Shown one piece after another: positions 49,909-64,000 of a stretch of 64,000 nt of DNA. Location: assembly GCA_002189035.1 (NCBI GenBank), contig NEEC01000019.1:372001-436000 (forward strand), written 5' to 3'. The notes below the pieces were generated by a model that saw only the letters and a list, made by a program, of their open reading frames with translations, was not told the origin of the DNA and did not search any database. The position numbers and the translations under genes were made by a program. Source of the stretch: Utricularia gibba. Its lineage: Eukaryota; Plantae; Magnoliophyta. Numbering within the stretch: position 1 is the first letter of the stretch; every line of letters starts with the position of its first letter.

Positions 49909-51482
49909 CTACTGAGGATGGCCTCGTATGTATCTAGACTTTACAGTTTTAGGATCACGGGCTGTTAGGGACCTCCATCCAGATCTTTCCCGTGTGTTCA
50001 GGTTGGAATCATGATCTTCATCCTCATCATCGGTGTTAATATTTGCTAAAGATGATCTTGTGTGCATGGCCATGCGACGAGGAATGTATACATCAAAGTA
50101 ATAGCTGACTATCTCTCTCCTATGCTTATAGGGAAAGGACTTACGGGCATTCTTGAACCAGTCCTCGGAGTCGGATGATGAGCTCTTTTTAAGCAGAGAC
50201 TCAAATTTCCGTTGTGCCTTTGCTGTCCATGACTTCAAGGCTTGCTCACCGATCTCATCGAATTTCCAACTGAAAAAGGCAGGGCCAATATCAGACTTGA
50301 GGCGCTGCCTTTCCTCCTCTATGTGGTCCTGGATGCAAACAGAAGATCCAGGTGATTCACAGGAGCACGAGTTTGATCTCCCCTTTCCAACAGTACCAGC
50401 AGCGGTTTCCTCATTCCTCTTTTCGATAGGCCAAACTCGGGCCCCTAGCCACTTGCAATTGTTAGAATCACTAATATATGTTCCAACAAGAACAGTGATA
50501 TCCACTGAACCATCCCATTCAGGTACTTCAACTTGGAATCTGGGGGAAACTGGAATAAATTTTTTATCAGCATGATCACCGATGACGTACAATAACCTGT
50601 CTGAGTGCCTGGGAAGATCCGAATCTGCAGTTCGTGCCTTATGAATCAAGAGATTTCATGATGAAAATGCATTACTAATGTGATAAAGAGGGCTACCAGG
50701 TGGTTGCTCAACCATACTTGGTCCCTCAGGAAAAACAAGGTTAATTGAAAGCTTAGGCTCATCATCTTCTACTAACTGCTCACGTATTCTCCTCCTCTGT
50801 AAGACAGCGAATAGTTCATTTTGTTATGTATGAATTACAAAAATCAACAGCAAGTGAAACTTAGATCTATCTGGATTACCTACACCATCCACCATACTAA
50901 TCGGCATTTCCAGACTCATGAACGACACGAAAAAAATTACAAGAAAATCAAAAGGAAACTTTCAAAATTTAGCTTGGAAAGATCTCAACGCATAGGTCAT
51001 ATAATCCATTTCTCTACGAAAAGAAAGCACATAAAACCTATAACAAATGAAAAATACTTCATTCAACTTACAAATGATGCGAATGCAACAGGATTACTCT
51101 AACATGTAAATGAGATAAACAATCCATAAAAATTCCAACATGTAATATGCTAAAGAAAAAAATAAGAAATTAGAAGCATCACAACCATGAGAAACCGAAT
51201 ACAAAGTGGAGTAAAACAATGATACATTCATGAAGGCTGAGGTACCGATGATCTTTTGAACTTTTTCGTGAACATGACTTCTCTAAATCTGCCAATATAT
51301 TCCCGAATACGCTGAGTGTTATCCACAGAGAATTTCCCTAGTGGATCAACTGCGAATTGTCTTAGCAACCGAATCGCATCTTCGTCAGAGTATCCTTTAG
51401 AAACCTCACTGCATTGTGCCTCCTTCACTTCGCTTGGGCTATCCTCCACTTTCTTCCTCTTCCCTACTCGTTTTCGAGTCAT
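49909..51482 (-). CDS. ELM2/SANT-type protein related to plant ARID1/2 (no ARID domain seen), ~343 aa
   Basis: Exons 51482-51246, 50796-50718 and 50624-49909. IPVSPRFQVEVPEW, KWLGARVWP, GKGRSNSCSCESPGS and FFSWKFDEIGE. Confidence 0.75.
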
Positions 51483-54400
51483 AATCTGGTTTCAGTGCCC
51501 TACGCCTCTTCAAATACCAAGTTAAAAACTGAACACAGTCCACCAACCACTCTATTCATACCGATTGAAAATGCATAACCGTAAATTACGAGAACACTCA
51601 CCCCGCAAATCGCTACCTCAAAACATCAATAAATCAAACAACAAAAACACTGTTACACTTCAGCCGCTAATCGATATCCGTCTTTTCGCATTTCCGCAGA
51701 TCATAACATTCAAATCGGCAAACGACGCAATGGAAAATCAACAGTTAACTGAATCAAACCTTGCGTAAGCCTTCAACATCCAGTAGCTCAGTATCAGTAC
51801 GATGTCAAAAACCTCATGCAAGGGAAGTTAATATAGTGTAGAAATGATCCGAAAAAAAAAAATACCCGAGCGAATCGAAAGCGGAACGTGTTTTCTGTCA
51901 ATCGAACGAAGAGAACAAACGAGTACCTCGGCGCTGCATCACAATTCGCATGAGAAACCAGTTTCGCGCGCAACTGCACCGAGGAGCACCTACAAGTAAC
52001 TTCAGAGGAGCTGCCCGCTCCTCCTCCAAGATTTTCTAGCTTTTTTAATCCTTAATTTTTCCGATTATGCGTATGCAAAATAAGTCAGACTTATGGTAAA
52101 TGAATATTCCACACCGCTTTTGAAAATGAGTTCACATTTATAAAATCCAAGACTCCTAAACCCTGAATTGGTACTTGTGTGAATAGGTGATATAAAATTC
52201 GGAGTTGATTAGATGGATTTAATCCCAATTCATAATTTAATAATCTCAGCCTATAATCCATGGTGGAACAAATCTCATTAAAAACGTTGAGTTTTAAAAA
52301 AAGGAAAAATATAGTGTTTTTCCAAAGGAAGTGCGGAAGAATCCTAGACAAATATCATAACGTTAAGATTAAATAAAATGATCATACAAATTTTATACAA
52401 AACTTTTTTTAAGCACGGCAAGGCATTCATTGTAAGAACTCTAAAATTAAGAATGCATGAATTGAAGTAATTTCAATATGAATGAACTTATGAGAAGGCA
52501 GACCAAAATGAAAAAAATATATATAAAAAACGTGAGAATTGACTTTCCAAACATATAATATTGTGTAAGATTAATGTGTATTGATACATTTGTTTTCAAT
52601 AATTTTATTAAAAATATCATATTTAAATATTTATTTAAAAAAATGTTGAATTCAACGTAACTTTTTATAAAAATACTTTAATCTAAAAACATAAATGAAC
52701 TAAAGAAAAGATGGAATCTGATTTTAAATGTTAACAATACACGCGGATTAATGTTTCAGGTATTCGCTTTAATCATAAGAATCATGTTCAGGGGCAAATT
52801 CCTTTTTTAATAAATAAAAAAAGAGAAATAATGCGATATCTCAGTTGCTTATACATCTTGGCCCAACAAGAATGTATGGGTAGGCCCAAATTTTATTTTC
52901 CGTCATTTAGAAGGATATATTCTATTAATTTAAAACCTTATTATTGCACCTGTCACGTAATATATGATTAAAATATTTAAATCTAGGACTCTCTTGACTA
53001 TTTAATTAGCATAAGTTTCAATTGCAACTCCTTTGAATGAGTTGTATTCGCAAGTCGGATGGCTGTGGCGCTGACGGATGTACGTAGACATTGTGCCACC
53101 CTGGAACACGGAGAAAATACATTAATTAAATAGGATTAAAAATACTTAATTAAATCTTAATCCTAAACCACGACCCTCCCGACGCCTTTAAATCATCTAC
53201 CAACCGAAAGAGCGGCGCGTCATTAATGCGCTAACACCAAACGCAGTTGACTTGGCCATTCCTATTGTTATCATATAGCATTCCCAAATTGCAATTTGGG
53301 GCTGAGCATGTGATATTTTCATACAATTTTATGACTCAAAAATTGACCATAGAGGATGCAGGTTTGGGTATAAAACAGTACTTAAAGATTGAATATGTGT
53401 GATTAGAGAAAACATAAAACCGTGAAGGTAATTTCGGAATTATTTAGATAAGGGAATGGGATTAGTTACAAAGGATGATGTCAACCACCGAATGATGAGT
53501 CCGTTTCGGAGTCGTTAACTGATGAATGAGCTTGAGAGACTCCCGCCACCAGCAATTTCTGGGCCTAGCCGAAATTCCATTTCCGCCAGCCGCCTCCTAA
53601 TCAGTGAGCTGAGTCCATATATTTTTTTTTTTTTCGAAACAACTTGATTGGTTTTATTTCAAGCTTGGTTCTGTAACATAGAAAACTTGTACCAAATGGG
53701 CATAATTTGATGTATTAAGCATGCATTATATCCATTATTTCGAACATTTCGAATCGAGATATTCATCTATATATCTTATTACTATATAGTTATGATTGGA
53801 GAATTATTTCTAATGAAATAAAAATCATGTTTCATTTGAATAGAGTTGACTCATATTTGATAATAAAATTAATTTTAGAGTAATTATTCAAAAAATAGCC
53901 TAAATATTTGTCATTTATAACTTGCAATGTCATCTAGTATGCAATTTTGAAGACATTTAACCAGTGTTTTGAAAAATTTTTAAAATGTATTTATATTTTT
54001 TTTCAAAATTATTTTTAAAATTTAAAAATAATTAATAATAATAAAAATGAATCGTAATTATTCTAGAAAATTGTATTAGTTAAAAAGTAGAAGTAAGATA
54101 TAAAAGTTAATCATTCATTATTTTTTTAAAAGTAATTTTTTTAATATAATTTCAATATTATTTTTGGTAAAATCATTTTTACAATCAACAATAATTTAAA
54201 ATAAAACTATTTTTATTTTTTAAAAAATAAAAATAACTTTCGAAAATTTTCCAGTATAATGTTTCAGACTTTTTAAGTTTTGTTCTTCTAAAATAATTTA
54301 TTATAAGTGTTTTCAATGAACAAGAAAGTATTTGCATTGCTAGATTTTTTGAACAAGAATTGTGAGAACCTCCCGAACACTTGACAGGCCTTTGTTCCTC

Positions 54401-54673
54401 ACCTCACCTTCACATTCTGCTTCTACATTAATGGGGAAAAAAAAGGGTAGTCTGTAACATGCAAGAAAATGGCATTGAAAGCATCTTTTCCACCCGCAAC
54501 TGGAAGATTTGGTAGTCTTCTTCTCCTCTAACAACGGGACCGAAAACGACGTCGTGTCTACATGGCTCTACATGTGTATTTAAGCAAGACAAGCATATTG
54601 TTGGTACAGCTCATTCATTCCGAATTCCACAGTAGCGTCATACACTAGAGAGAGAGAGAGAGGGGGAAGGGAG

Positions 54674-57589
54674 ATGGAGAGCTTCCCGGTCCGAGTTTTG
54701 CTGATCATTCTGCTCGCCTTCGTGGCTCCGGCGGCCGTCCAATCAAGAACCAGGGCGTACCAATTCAACGTCCGTTACGATCATCTCTTTATTTCTCTAC
54801 TCCTCGTTTCCCTCCCCTAACGTTCCCTTAACCAGGTGGTGATGAGGCACAAGACGCGGCTCTGCTCGACGAAGCCGATCGTCACCGTCAACGGGAAGTT
54901 CCCCGGGCCGACCATCTACGCCAGAGAAGACGACACCGTTCTCATCAGAGTCGTCAACAACGTCAACTACAATATGTCGATGCACTGGTGAGAAAAAAAA
55001 TACATACACACATATATATACATATAGGTGCATAAAAGTTTGTTCAGCGATTGAGTTCCGTCGCCGGAAAGCGTCGTTGGCCGCGGCGCCGCCTTAAATT
55101 CCCTGCCGTCCCCCTGTCCTTTCAATTTTTTGAAAAAATAGTTTAATAATATTTTAATTTTCCTCTGTGCAATACTTTTTTTTATTTCTCTGCTTAAATA
55201 TAACGCAAGAGAAAAGGCCCTGGTTTTGTTAAGGTTTGTTTGTAATGAAAAAACACTTATTTTCTATTTATAAATAATATTTTCCTCCTTACACAGCACG
55301 TGGAGCCCACCTAAGAATTTGTGTGTACTAATTATTGGCAAACGAAGGCGTGATTCATTTTTTCTAGTCGAATTAAATGAAAACTCTCCTGGTGCACTCC
55401 TAATTATTTACGTGTGATTTTTTAATCTTTGCAATATTTTTAAAATTGAAGACGTATTTATAGAATTTTTTTTAACTGTTCCCAAAGGTGACAGACAACA
55501 GCTTTGGTGGGATGCTATATTTATGAACCTGACGCGACAACCCCCCGATAACACAATTAATACCATGGTTAAAAAAACATTATTATTATTATTTTACTAT
55601 ATGATAATTAATGTTCTCGCAGGCACGGGATACGGCAGCTGAGGAGCGGGTGGGCGGACGGACCGGCGTACATCACGCAGTGCCCGATCCAACCGGGGCA
55701 ACAGTATGTATACCGGTTCACCATCACCGGGCAAAGGGGGACGCTGCTGTGGCACGCGCACATACTCTGGCTTCGGGCAACTGTGCACGGGGCGATTGTA
55801 ATATACCCCAGGCTCGGGGTCCCCTACCCTTTCCCCAAGCCCGACAACGAACGTGTCCTTATATTTGGTGGGTAATGGCTTCTACTTCATTAATACAACG
55901 ATTTTGATGCACCGAAATTGATTTCTCAACTGCCCTGGCCTTAATCATACACCTTAGGGTATAAAAAACTCTTTTTGAGGTGCGCATGGGTTTTGTTTCC
56001 TTCTAGAAATGCTGCAACAGAAAACCATGTTGTTAGGGAATACGGGTAGGGGTACCCCTTTAATGATATGATCAAGGAATTGACTCGTTCCTTCCCCAAC
56101 CAACTGATTTTTTTTTTCTTTTTTGTTGTGTAGAGAAAGAGAAACACTTGCAAACAAAAAATGAGGGGGTTGAGTACTATAAATGCTGTTCTTCTTCCTA
56201 CCACGTGGGGTGTCCGTGGGCTAATAAATATCACTCATGTTCTTCTTTTTTAGGTGAATGGTGGAATTCGGACATAGAAGCTGTGATCGACGATTCCCAG
56301 AGTGCTGGGCTGCCCCCAAACGTTTCGGATGGGCATACCATCAATGGCCTATCGGGGCCTGTCGCAGGTTGCCCAATTGCAGGTACAGGAATGAAATAAG
56401 TATGTTGTGACATGGAAGAAGAAATAAAGGCTGTTTTTTTTAATTGTTTTGAAGGTGGGTATACTTTGAATGTGTCACCGGGAAAGTCGTACCTCCTCCG
56501 TCTAATCAACGCAGCGATGAATGAGGAACTCTTTTTCAAGGTCGCCGGGCACCAACTGACGGTCGTGGAAGTGGACGCCGTTTATGTGAAGCCATTCACG
56601 ACGGAGACCGTTGTTATCTCACCTGGACAAACCACCAATGTCATCCTGACGGCTGACCAGGGCTCCGGCAAGTACATGGTCGTCATTTCCCCTTTTGAAG
56701 ACGCTCGAATCATCGCTGTAGACAACAGAACGGCCACCGCCACTGTACAGTACGCTGGTACTGACGCTGATTCTCCGACGACCGTCATCGTCCCTCCGCC
56801 GCGCGACGCCACTCCGGTAGCCCTCTCATTCTTAAACTCTCTCAGAAGCTTGAACTCCGACAGGTACCCAGCAAGAGTTCCCATCGACATAGACCATTTC
56901 CTTCTCATTACCGTGGGTGTCGGGCGGAATCCTTGTCCTACATGCACACGCAACAACGGGACGCGATTTGTGGCGAGCATGAACAACTTGACCTTCACAA
57001 TGCCTACAACGTCCCTCCTACAGGCGCATTACTACAACATTCCCGGTGTGTTCACCGAGGATTTCCCGGCGAACCCGCCTCACCCGTTTAACTACACCAG
57101 CTCGGGACCCGACGGCGGCAATTTGGCGACAGAGACAGGAACGAAGGTCTACAGGCTCCCATATAACGCGAACGTCGAGATAGTTCTGCAAGGGACAGGG
57201 ATTCTGGCAGCGGAGACTCACCCCCTTCATCTCCATGGCTTCAACTTCTTCGCCGTGGGAAGAGGGTACGGAAACTTCGACCGGAATACCGACCCCCAGC
57301 GGTATAATCTAGTCGACCCCATCGAGAGGAACACCATCGGCGTGCCGTCGGCGGGATGGGTGGCGATAAGGTTTCGAGCAGATAATCCTGGTAGGATTTA
57401 ATTAGCTCCCCTCTCTCTTTCTCTATATATATCAAAAGGATCTGAGTTGGTTTTGCAGGGGTTTGGTTCTTGCACTGTCACTTGGAAGTGCACACCACGT
57501 GGGGACTGAAGATGGCCTTCGTGGTGGAAAATGGGCCTGGCCCAAATGAGTCCATTATGCCACCTCCGAAAGACCTGCCCAAATGCTGA
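54674..57589 (+). CDS. Laccase, LAC4/IRX12-like, 562 aa
   Basis: Exons 54674-54769, 54836-54987, 55623-55867, 56254-56382, 56455-57390 and 57459-57589. Signal peptide and copper motifs HWHG, WHAH, HPLHLH and HCHLEVH. Confidence 0.95.
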
Positions 57590-60500
57590 TACACGGACAC
57601 GAACACGGATACGGTGTACATTCACCTCACCCGCATTATTTCTGTAAAGAAATGGAACATAAATAACGTGATACACCCAATACCAATCCTCCTCTCCCTT
57701 GATCCAAACCAAAGCACCCAAAATTTTTTTTTTTTTTTTGTCTTTGTGGGAATTTCAAATATTTTTTTTAGAATTATATTTTATTAAAACATTTCTGTAG
57801 ATTTTTGCATAGCCATCATAAATACAGGATGTGGGTCCCTCGAAATGAGAGACATTCACGAAGCGGTGATGTCATGTGGGTGATGACTCTCAGTCTTGTC
57901 CGTCAAAATCACGAGCGCATCTGAGACAGAGAACCAGTGTCTGCCTGTCTATCTCTGTGGCTGTCGCCAATCCGCCTTTTCTTTATTTAAATAATAGATA
58001 ATAGTACAAGGTATTTTCTGGGTATTGCATTTTAAAACAAAAAACACAAAATTAGAAATACACTCTGCGGTCGGGCAAGAAAACACAATATAATAACAAT
58101 TGCCGTTAAATTGAAATCTAAAATGACAGCTCATCGTAATAACTATACTCCATAACCTAATTGGACTTTGTTTGATTAGTTGATTTAGATTTTCATGGAT
58201 TTAAATAAACACAAATATGCAGGTATAAAAATATTCATACCCTCTTAAATGTATATATACCAATATATAAAAATGATATATGGATATAATTATATTCTTT
58301 ACATACCAAATAACAAAATTTTATTAAACTTATTATAAATCAATCTTATAATTTCATATCAAACGAGGATTTAGTATTCGTATTTAAATTTATTCAGTAC
58401 TAATTGTGGATGGAATTAATTTATATAAAAATAAATATAATGTATTTAAAAATGTGTTAGGAGTTATAGAAAATAAAATTAGAAGAAAAACATCAAAAGA
58501 ATAATATGGTATTTTTGCACTGTATGATTAATTAAAATCATCTAGCACTATATTTGTATTTCATTATAAATCAAATAGTAAATTATAAAATTATCATCCC
58601 TTCCCTTTGATAGTATCTCTCAACAAGATGTTGATAACCAATACATATTACTAAATATCAATTCTTATTAAATTAAATATAAATGTATGTTAATCAATAT
58701 ATATTCCATTTTCGTATCCTACCATGCTTTCTACTGACATTGATAACATCTGAATTTGAAATTGTGCTTCACCTTAGTAATAGTATAAAATTATATTATG
58801 AAATTTAATAAAATAAAATATATATTGTAAACTTTAATGTATTAAATTATTATATAATTTAATATTATAATATAAATTTATTTTTAATATAGATAAAAAG
58901 CGAAAATATATTTTTTCTAATTAATTTTTTATTTAATCATGAAAATAAAGATTCAAAAAATTCAATAATTTTTAAAATTAATCACATATTCTATGTTTTT
59001 TAATTTACTACAAAATGATTAAAAATTAGAATTTTCAAAAATTAACATAGTCAATTCGGATAATTATTGAAACAAAACAACTTGTAAGTTCGTGAAAAAG
59101 CTAAAATTCGGGATTTGAATGCGTACGTACATGTACACTATCAACAAGAGAATTTACTCATTCAACATAATTATTATTATGAAAGTCCTCTAATAAATCA
59201 AAATATTATGTTTTCATTTTCAATATGTGATTCATCTTCTTGACATCCACGAATCGAATTGGAATTCCAATTTCCACCAATTCAAACGTTTCTTTTTAAC
59301 ATAAGTCAGATTATAAAGTCAATATTTTTGTTGTCTATATTTGATATGGTTTTTTTTAAAACTTGATTGAACCAATTCAATAACCCATCCAAATAATTCA
59401 AATCACGATATAAGACAAACGTTTTGATATCATATTAAAATTCAAAACTAAATGAATCAATTTGATGCAGACTCCATAAAAGGGACAAGTCATTTTCTGA
59501 AAGCAATATCAAGACCATTGGCATTGCTAATAATTCACCTTTATTCCATCTCCCGTAGTTGAACTTTTTATATCAGCTATAAATAATATATATCTTTTGA
59601 TATGTGTATGATAAATAATTATCTTTAATATAAATTTTTTAAAATAGAAAAACGATGAATAATTACTTTTGTAAATAACACATTCAAATGATGCTTTCCA
59701 TGTGCACTCATGAGTAACCATATTCTTTTTATTATTGTTGTTCACTATGCATAAGATCTGGAAATTGAAGATGTTTCTAAATGAATATGATAAAATAGAG
59801 TTTATTTAGAATAGCTTCTGTTTTTTTTTAAAAATAATATTCCCAGATCACATTTATTAGCAAATAAAAATGATGTATACTCAAAAATAGCATAAATCTT
59901 GAAGGGATAGATTCTTATTTTTTTAAAAAAATATAAACATAATGCTTATAGTTATTAAAAAAAGTTTTAAAAAAATAATGCAAAAAAAAAATCCTTTACA
60001 CAAACTTTATACATGGTTAGATGGATACGGTGGCGGTTGGGTTGGGTACATGAACCGGTTTTTCGCGAAGAGCAATGGAATTATGACGAGTTGAACTTTC
60101 TATAAACGGAAACTTCAATTCAAAGCGGCGCATTTTCCCGATTTGGCGTGAAGTAGGTATTAGTTATTGGACAATAATCACTCCTAAAGGTGTCGGGAAC
60201 ACGTGTCATGATTTAATACGTTACCTAACCTAACAATTTTCTGTTTTTTAAATAGTGGCCACTTTATTAATCCTGAAAAAATTATAAATGGAGGGGTTTG
60301 TTTGACCCTATGAATTTCAAATTGATGCTACATGTGGATTCCATAGCCAGGGAATTGTGTTTGAACATCGAAGTTATTTATGGAGTCTACGGTAGATGAT
60401 GTTCGTGGCCAAATGTTAGGCATATGTCTATATATGGGTATTGTGTACAAAATTTTCAGTAATTTTGTACATGCCCGGGCATGTCCTGCACCACTTATGG

Positions 60501-60766
60501 TCTACTTGATTTTATTTATTGAAAAATATTTATAACACACAAGATGTTAGAAATGCCAATTTGATTCTTAAAATAAGAAGTATTTTCAAATATCTGTTTT
60601 TTGAAGAATAAATAAATTGTGGTAAAAAATTGAAAATTAATTTTTTAAAATGTGTATAACTATCATATAATATAAATTGATTTAGCAGAAAACACTAAAA
60701 AACTGAAACTAAAAAGTGGTCGATGGCCGGTAGCCATTGCCGACATTGGACTCCCCCAGCTGCGAA

Positions 60767-60805
60767 GCACGTGAGGACAAGACACTCTTTTAGGTAATGA
60801 CGTAA
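60767..60805. promoter_or_regulatory. G-box (CACGTG) and TGACG (as-1-like) motifs upstream of the MYB gene
   Basis: GCACGTGAG at ~60767 and TAATGACGTAA at ~60795 precede a CT-rich leader. Motif match only. Confidence 0.35.
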
Positions 60806-61329
60806 ATGCCCTTCCCTTCTTCGTCTGGACGGGGAAGTTACTCTTTCGCCCTCCACCTGCCTGCTTCCTCTGCTAAAATGTCTGCCTTTGCTTCCCCGAG
60901 CCTTTCCTTTCCTTCTCCTCTGTCAGAAATCTTCTTCTTCTTCTTCTTTCTTTCTTTCTTTCTTTTTCTCCCACCATGAAATGAAACTCTCACTACACAA
61001 ACCAAAAATAAACTTTGGACAGCAGAGATTTCACTCAACCACCCCTTTTTTCCTCCCTTTTTTCTCAACTCAAATCAAACAGTAGCACAATTGAATCTCA
61101 CAGTTACTGACACCCTTTTCTTCTGATGTCTCTGCGTCTCAAACGAAGTACTTTTCTTTCTTTCGTTCACTCTTCAAGATCTAATATTTTCTCCTTCTAT
61201 TGATTCCTCCATTCTTACAGGAAAACCCCTTTTTCCCTTGAGATTCCTCTAGCCTCATCCCCAATTCGATCCCTGTTATTCCTCTTCCTCCTGTATATCT
61301 TCATCTCTGGTCGCCGGAAAGAGGAACTC

Positions 61330-62319
61330 ATGAACAGGGACTTAGGGGAGGCCGCAAACTGGCTATTCGAAGAGAATTACAAGTTTAGTAAATGGACCCC
61401 TGAAGAGAACAAGAAATTCGAAAGTGCTCTTGCATTCTTCGATAAAGATACTCCAGATCGTTGGCACAATGTGGCGTCCATGATTCCGGGCAAAACTGTG
61501 CACGATGTGATCCATCAGTACAAGGAATTGGTTGACGATATCACCAATATTGAAGCTGGGAGAATCCCCCTTCCTGGTTACGTCAACAATACCTTCACAT
61601 TGGATTGGGTTAATGCTAACAGCAGCAACAACGCCTCTGGGTATAAACACTTCCACGGCTATGGCGAAAAGCGAGCTTCCTCTTCTTCATCTTCTTACTC
61701 GAGGTGCAGCAACATAGACCATGAACGCAAGAAAGGGGTTCCTTGGACCGAAGAAGAGCACAGGTTCCTATTTCGTGATAGATTCTATTTCCAATTCCCA
61801 TTCGATTACAGCTTTTTTTTTCCCTCAGAAACACAGACAACTCGACTCTCTCAGGGATTGAACTCCGTAGACGAATCACTTCCAATTCTGTAACAGTTTG
61901 AATTACTTGTTTCCAGGCAATTTTTATTGGGTCTGAAGAAGTACGGGAAAGGTGACTGGAGGAACATATCAAGGAATTTCGTGACGACGAGGACCCCCAC
62001 ACAGGTTGCGAGTCATGCTCAGAAGTATTTCATCAGGCAGCATTCCGCTGGGAAGGACAAGAGAAGATCGAGCATCCACGATATAACGACGGTGAGTATT
62101 GAAGATACCAAATGGCCGTCATCGCAGCCGGATAAAGAATCGCCGGCGGCGGGCTACAGTGGGGCTACGATGAGCCATGTTGAACCTCAGGGGAATAGTT
62201 CCGGGTATGGAGCGGATTTGCAAGGCCGCCACTCTCAACTGGAGTTCACTACTCCACATGGTCTTCACTTAGGCCATCATCGGAATGTTTTTCCGATGAA
62301 CCCCACCGGAGACTCGTAG
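61330..62319 (+). CDS. DIVARICATA-like R-R-type (SHAQKY) MYB transcription factor, 278 aa
   Basis: Exons 61330-61763 and 61917-62319. [41 protein letters not shown] and RRSSIHDIT. Confidence 0.95.
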
Positions 62320-63542
62320 ACCCCGACAACCGAAAAGGGAAAACCCCTCTCTTCCCAAACTGGTAATAACAGGAGGGCTCAGAAAACCATCAAATTTTAG
62401 TTCGCGCTTCTATGTATTGTGATGACACCAAAAAGAAAATGCGGGTCTTCTTTTGCGGGTCGCAATTTTATTGCTCATTGTTGTCAAGGTTTCCGGGTCG
62501 TGTCCCTTTTGTGTGTTGTGGTTCATTTTTAGTGACTAGAATTGTGTCCATGTATTCATAATCTAGTGGCATCCACCTTTATGCATCATTAAAACTAAAT
62601 ATTAATATGTTTATATTAAACTTGTAGTAAAATATTCAGATGGTATTTAATATTTGGGTATAGAAGTTTTATATCTAATTTTACATATATATCATTACTT
62701 GATTAATTAATATATGTATATCAATTTTATATGATTATATCACTCATATATTTATTTATCAAACATATGAATGATATACACTAATGAAAAAATGGGAATT
62801 AATTATATGTATAACATATAAAACATATATTGTAGAATATCAAATATTATAATAATTAAATAATATATATATATATTAAAATACATTATATTTAAATATA
62901 TTAATACACCAATATCAAACGAACTTTTAAGGGTATGGACTCATTTACTTATTTCTCTTGGAATAGTTATAAAATTTATAAAAACAAGGTTTTTTAAAAT
63001 TCTTGTACATGTAATATTTTTAATTATGTGACATTCGTTTTTTTTTTATTTTAAATACATCTAGCAACATAAAAATACTATGTTAAATATATATTAATAA
63101 AATTATGTGTAAAAAATAATTCTAATTTTAGCAATATTTTTAATATGCCCAAAAAAATTTTATTCAAATTAAATTATTTTGGAAAGAATCATTTACTAGA
63201 AGAAGGTGTTTTGGACATTTCATATTTTTTTTGTATCAACTACACACATTTTATAAGTTATATAATACAACTATGTAAGTTATAATATATTTTAAAATAC
63301 CTAATTTTAACATTCAAAATACACAATTAATTGGATGGATTCTTCACCACCACCCCACTCTCAAAAAAAATTAAAAAAAAAAGTGATCAGACTTGCATTG
63401 CACGAATAAATTAAATGCTCTTCCTGCTCACAACACACTTGATCAAATATCATCATTATCCTCTCTGGAGTCTGAAGTTTGAATAGTGCAAGAAACTTGC
63501 CCATAAAAAAAAAAAAAGGAGGAGCAAAATGATTCCCCCGCT

Positions 63543-63913
63543 TTATCTCCTTCTCTTTAGCAGATCTTTTATCATTATTATCATCGTTTTTTGGTGGCCA
63601 AAGAGACAAAAGAGTTGATTCTCAACGATGTCCTTGTCCCTGGACGACGACTCTGGAATAGCAACGCGTCTGCGGTGCCTTTGTTCCTCTCTGTGTCGTG
63701 CTTTATGGAAGTGGGATTCTTTTAACATCGCAAAGGTCTCATATTTACTTTTTGTTGTGATATCAGGGACTGAGGGAGCCCCTTTATTCCCCGGCATATG
63801 GAATCCCTCTCCCGCTGCCTGCTTATCCGCAAAACTATCCTTCTGTGGACTCATTCCATTCCCCCTAATCCTGAAGAACTCAAACAGAACATCAAGATTC
63901 TCAGATTTCCGGC
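63543..63913 (-). CDS. Probable last coding exon of an unidentified gene continuing past the window end
   Basis: Strong acceptor TTTTTCCTTTTCCAG at 63914, then an open frame RKSENLDVLFEFFR...HKARHREEQRHRRR. Family not recognised. Confidence 0.45.
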
Positions 63914-64000
63914 CTGGAAAAGGAAAAAGATCATTGTATTGTAGCAGCAGCAGTGTGTTCCCTCTCCCTGTCTGGGAAATATCACTGCGCCACATGCATC

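Noticed and set aside
50656-50658. Calling the ELM2 gene a pseudogene because of an in-frame TGA
   Set aside because: A plausible 93-nt GT-AG intron removes the stop. Kept as a finding instead.
53190-53250. AC/SMRE MYB sites upstream of the laccase
   Set aside because: 7-bp motifs ~1.4 kb upstream are expected by chance and cannot be supported from sequence alone.
50153-57000. Long antisense/overlapping ORFs in the track (e.g. 50153-50575 +, 56582-56998 -, and likewise 27464-28063 and 41285-41692)
   Set aside because: They are shadow frames of real genes with no recognisable motifs, and many start at TTG/GTG.
58160-58375. Tourist-like MITE (also candidates at ~38650-38875 and ~62580-62930)
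   Set aside because: Only short GTTTG/CAAAC-type end similarity in very AT-rich DNA. TIRs and TSDs could not be aligned convincingly.

Overview
Plant (eudicot) nuclear DNA with a TE-rich left half and a compact gene-rich right half. 1-10 kb: a nested stack of Athila-type Ty3/Gypsy LTR retroelements. It includes a 7.0-kb element with a perfect TCTTG TSD that splits an older gag, and an inverted solo LTR with a TTTCT TSD inside it. 10-32 kb: SnoaL/UVR and BCL7-like genes split by a MITE, a decayed PIF/Harbinger element in the 5'-UTR intron of a RING/TRAF zinc-finger pseudogene, a hAT MITE, a DUF620 gene, and a near-intact hAT element carrying a captured intron-containing rhamnose-synthase (UER1/RHM) fragment. 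34-64 kb: PAR1, two box C/D snoRNAs antisense to the DET2 3' end, DET2, a wound-responsive DUF3774 gene, a DEX1 pseudogene, DUF962, IMPL1, a WD40 (MABP1/WDR62-like) gene needing three GC-AG introns, an ELM2-type gene, a LAC4-like laccase, a DIVARICATA-like MYB and the 3' end of an unidentified gene. All gene models were spliced by hand. Family assignments and Arabidopsis locus IDs come from recalled motifs, not database searches. I found no evidence for a wholly new biological system. The best leads are the snoRNA pair, the gene-capturing hAT, the GC-AG intron cluster and the TE nesting.
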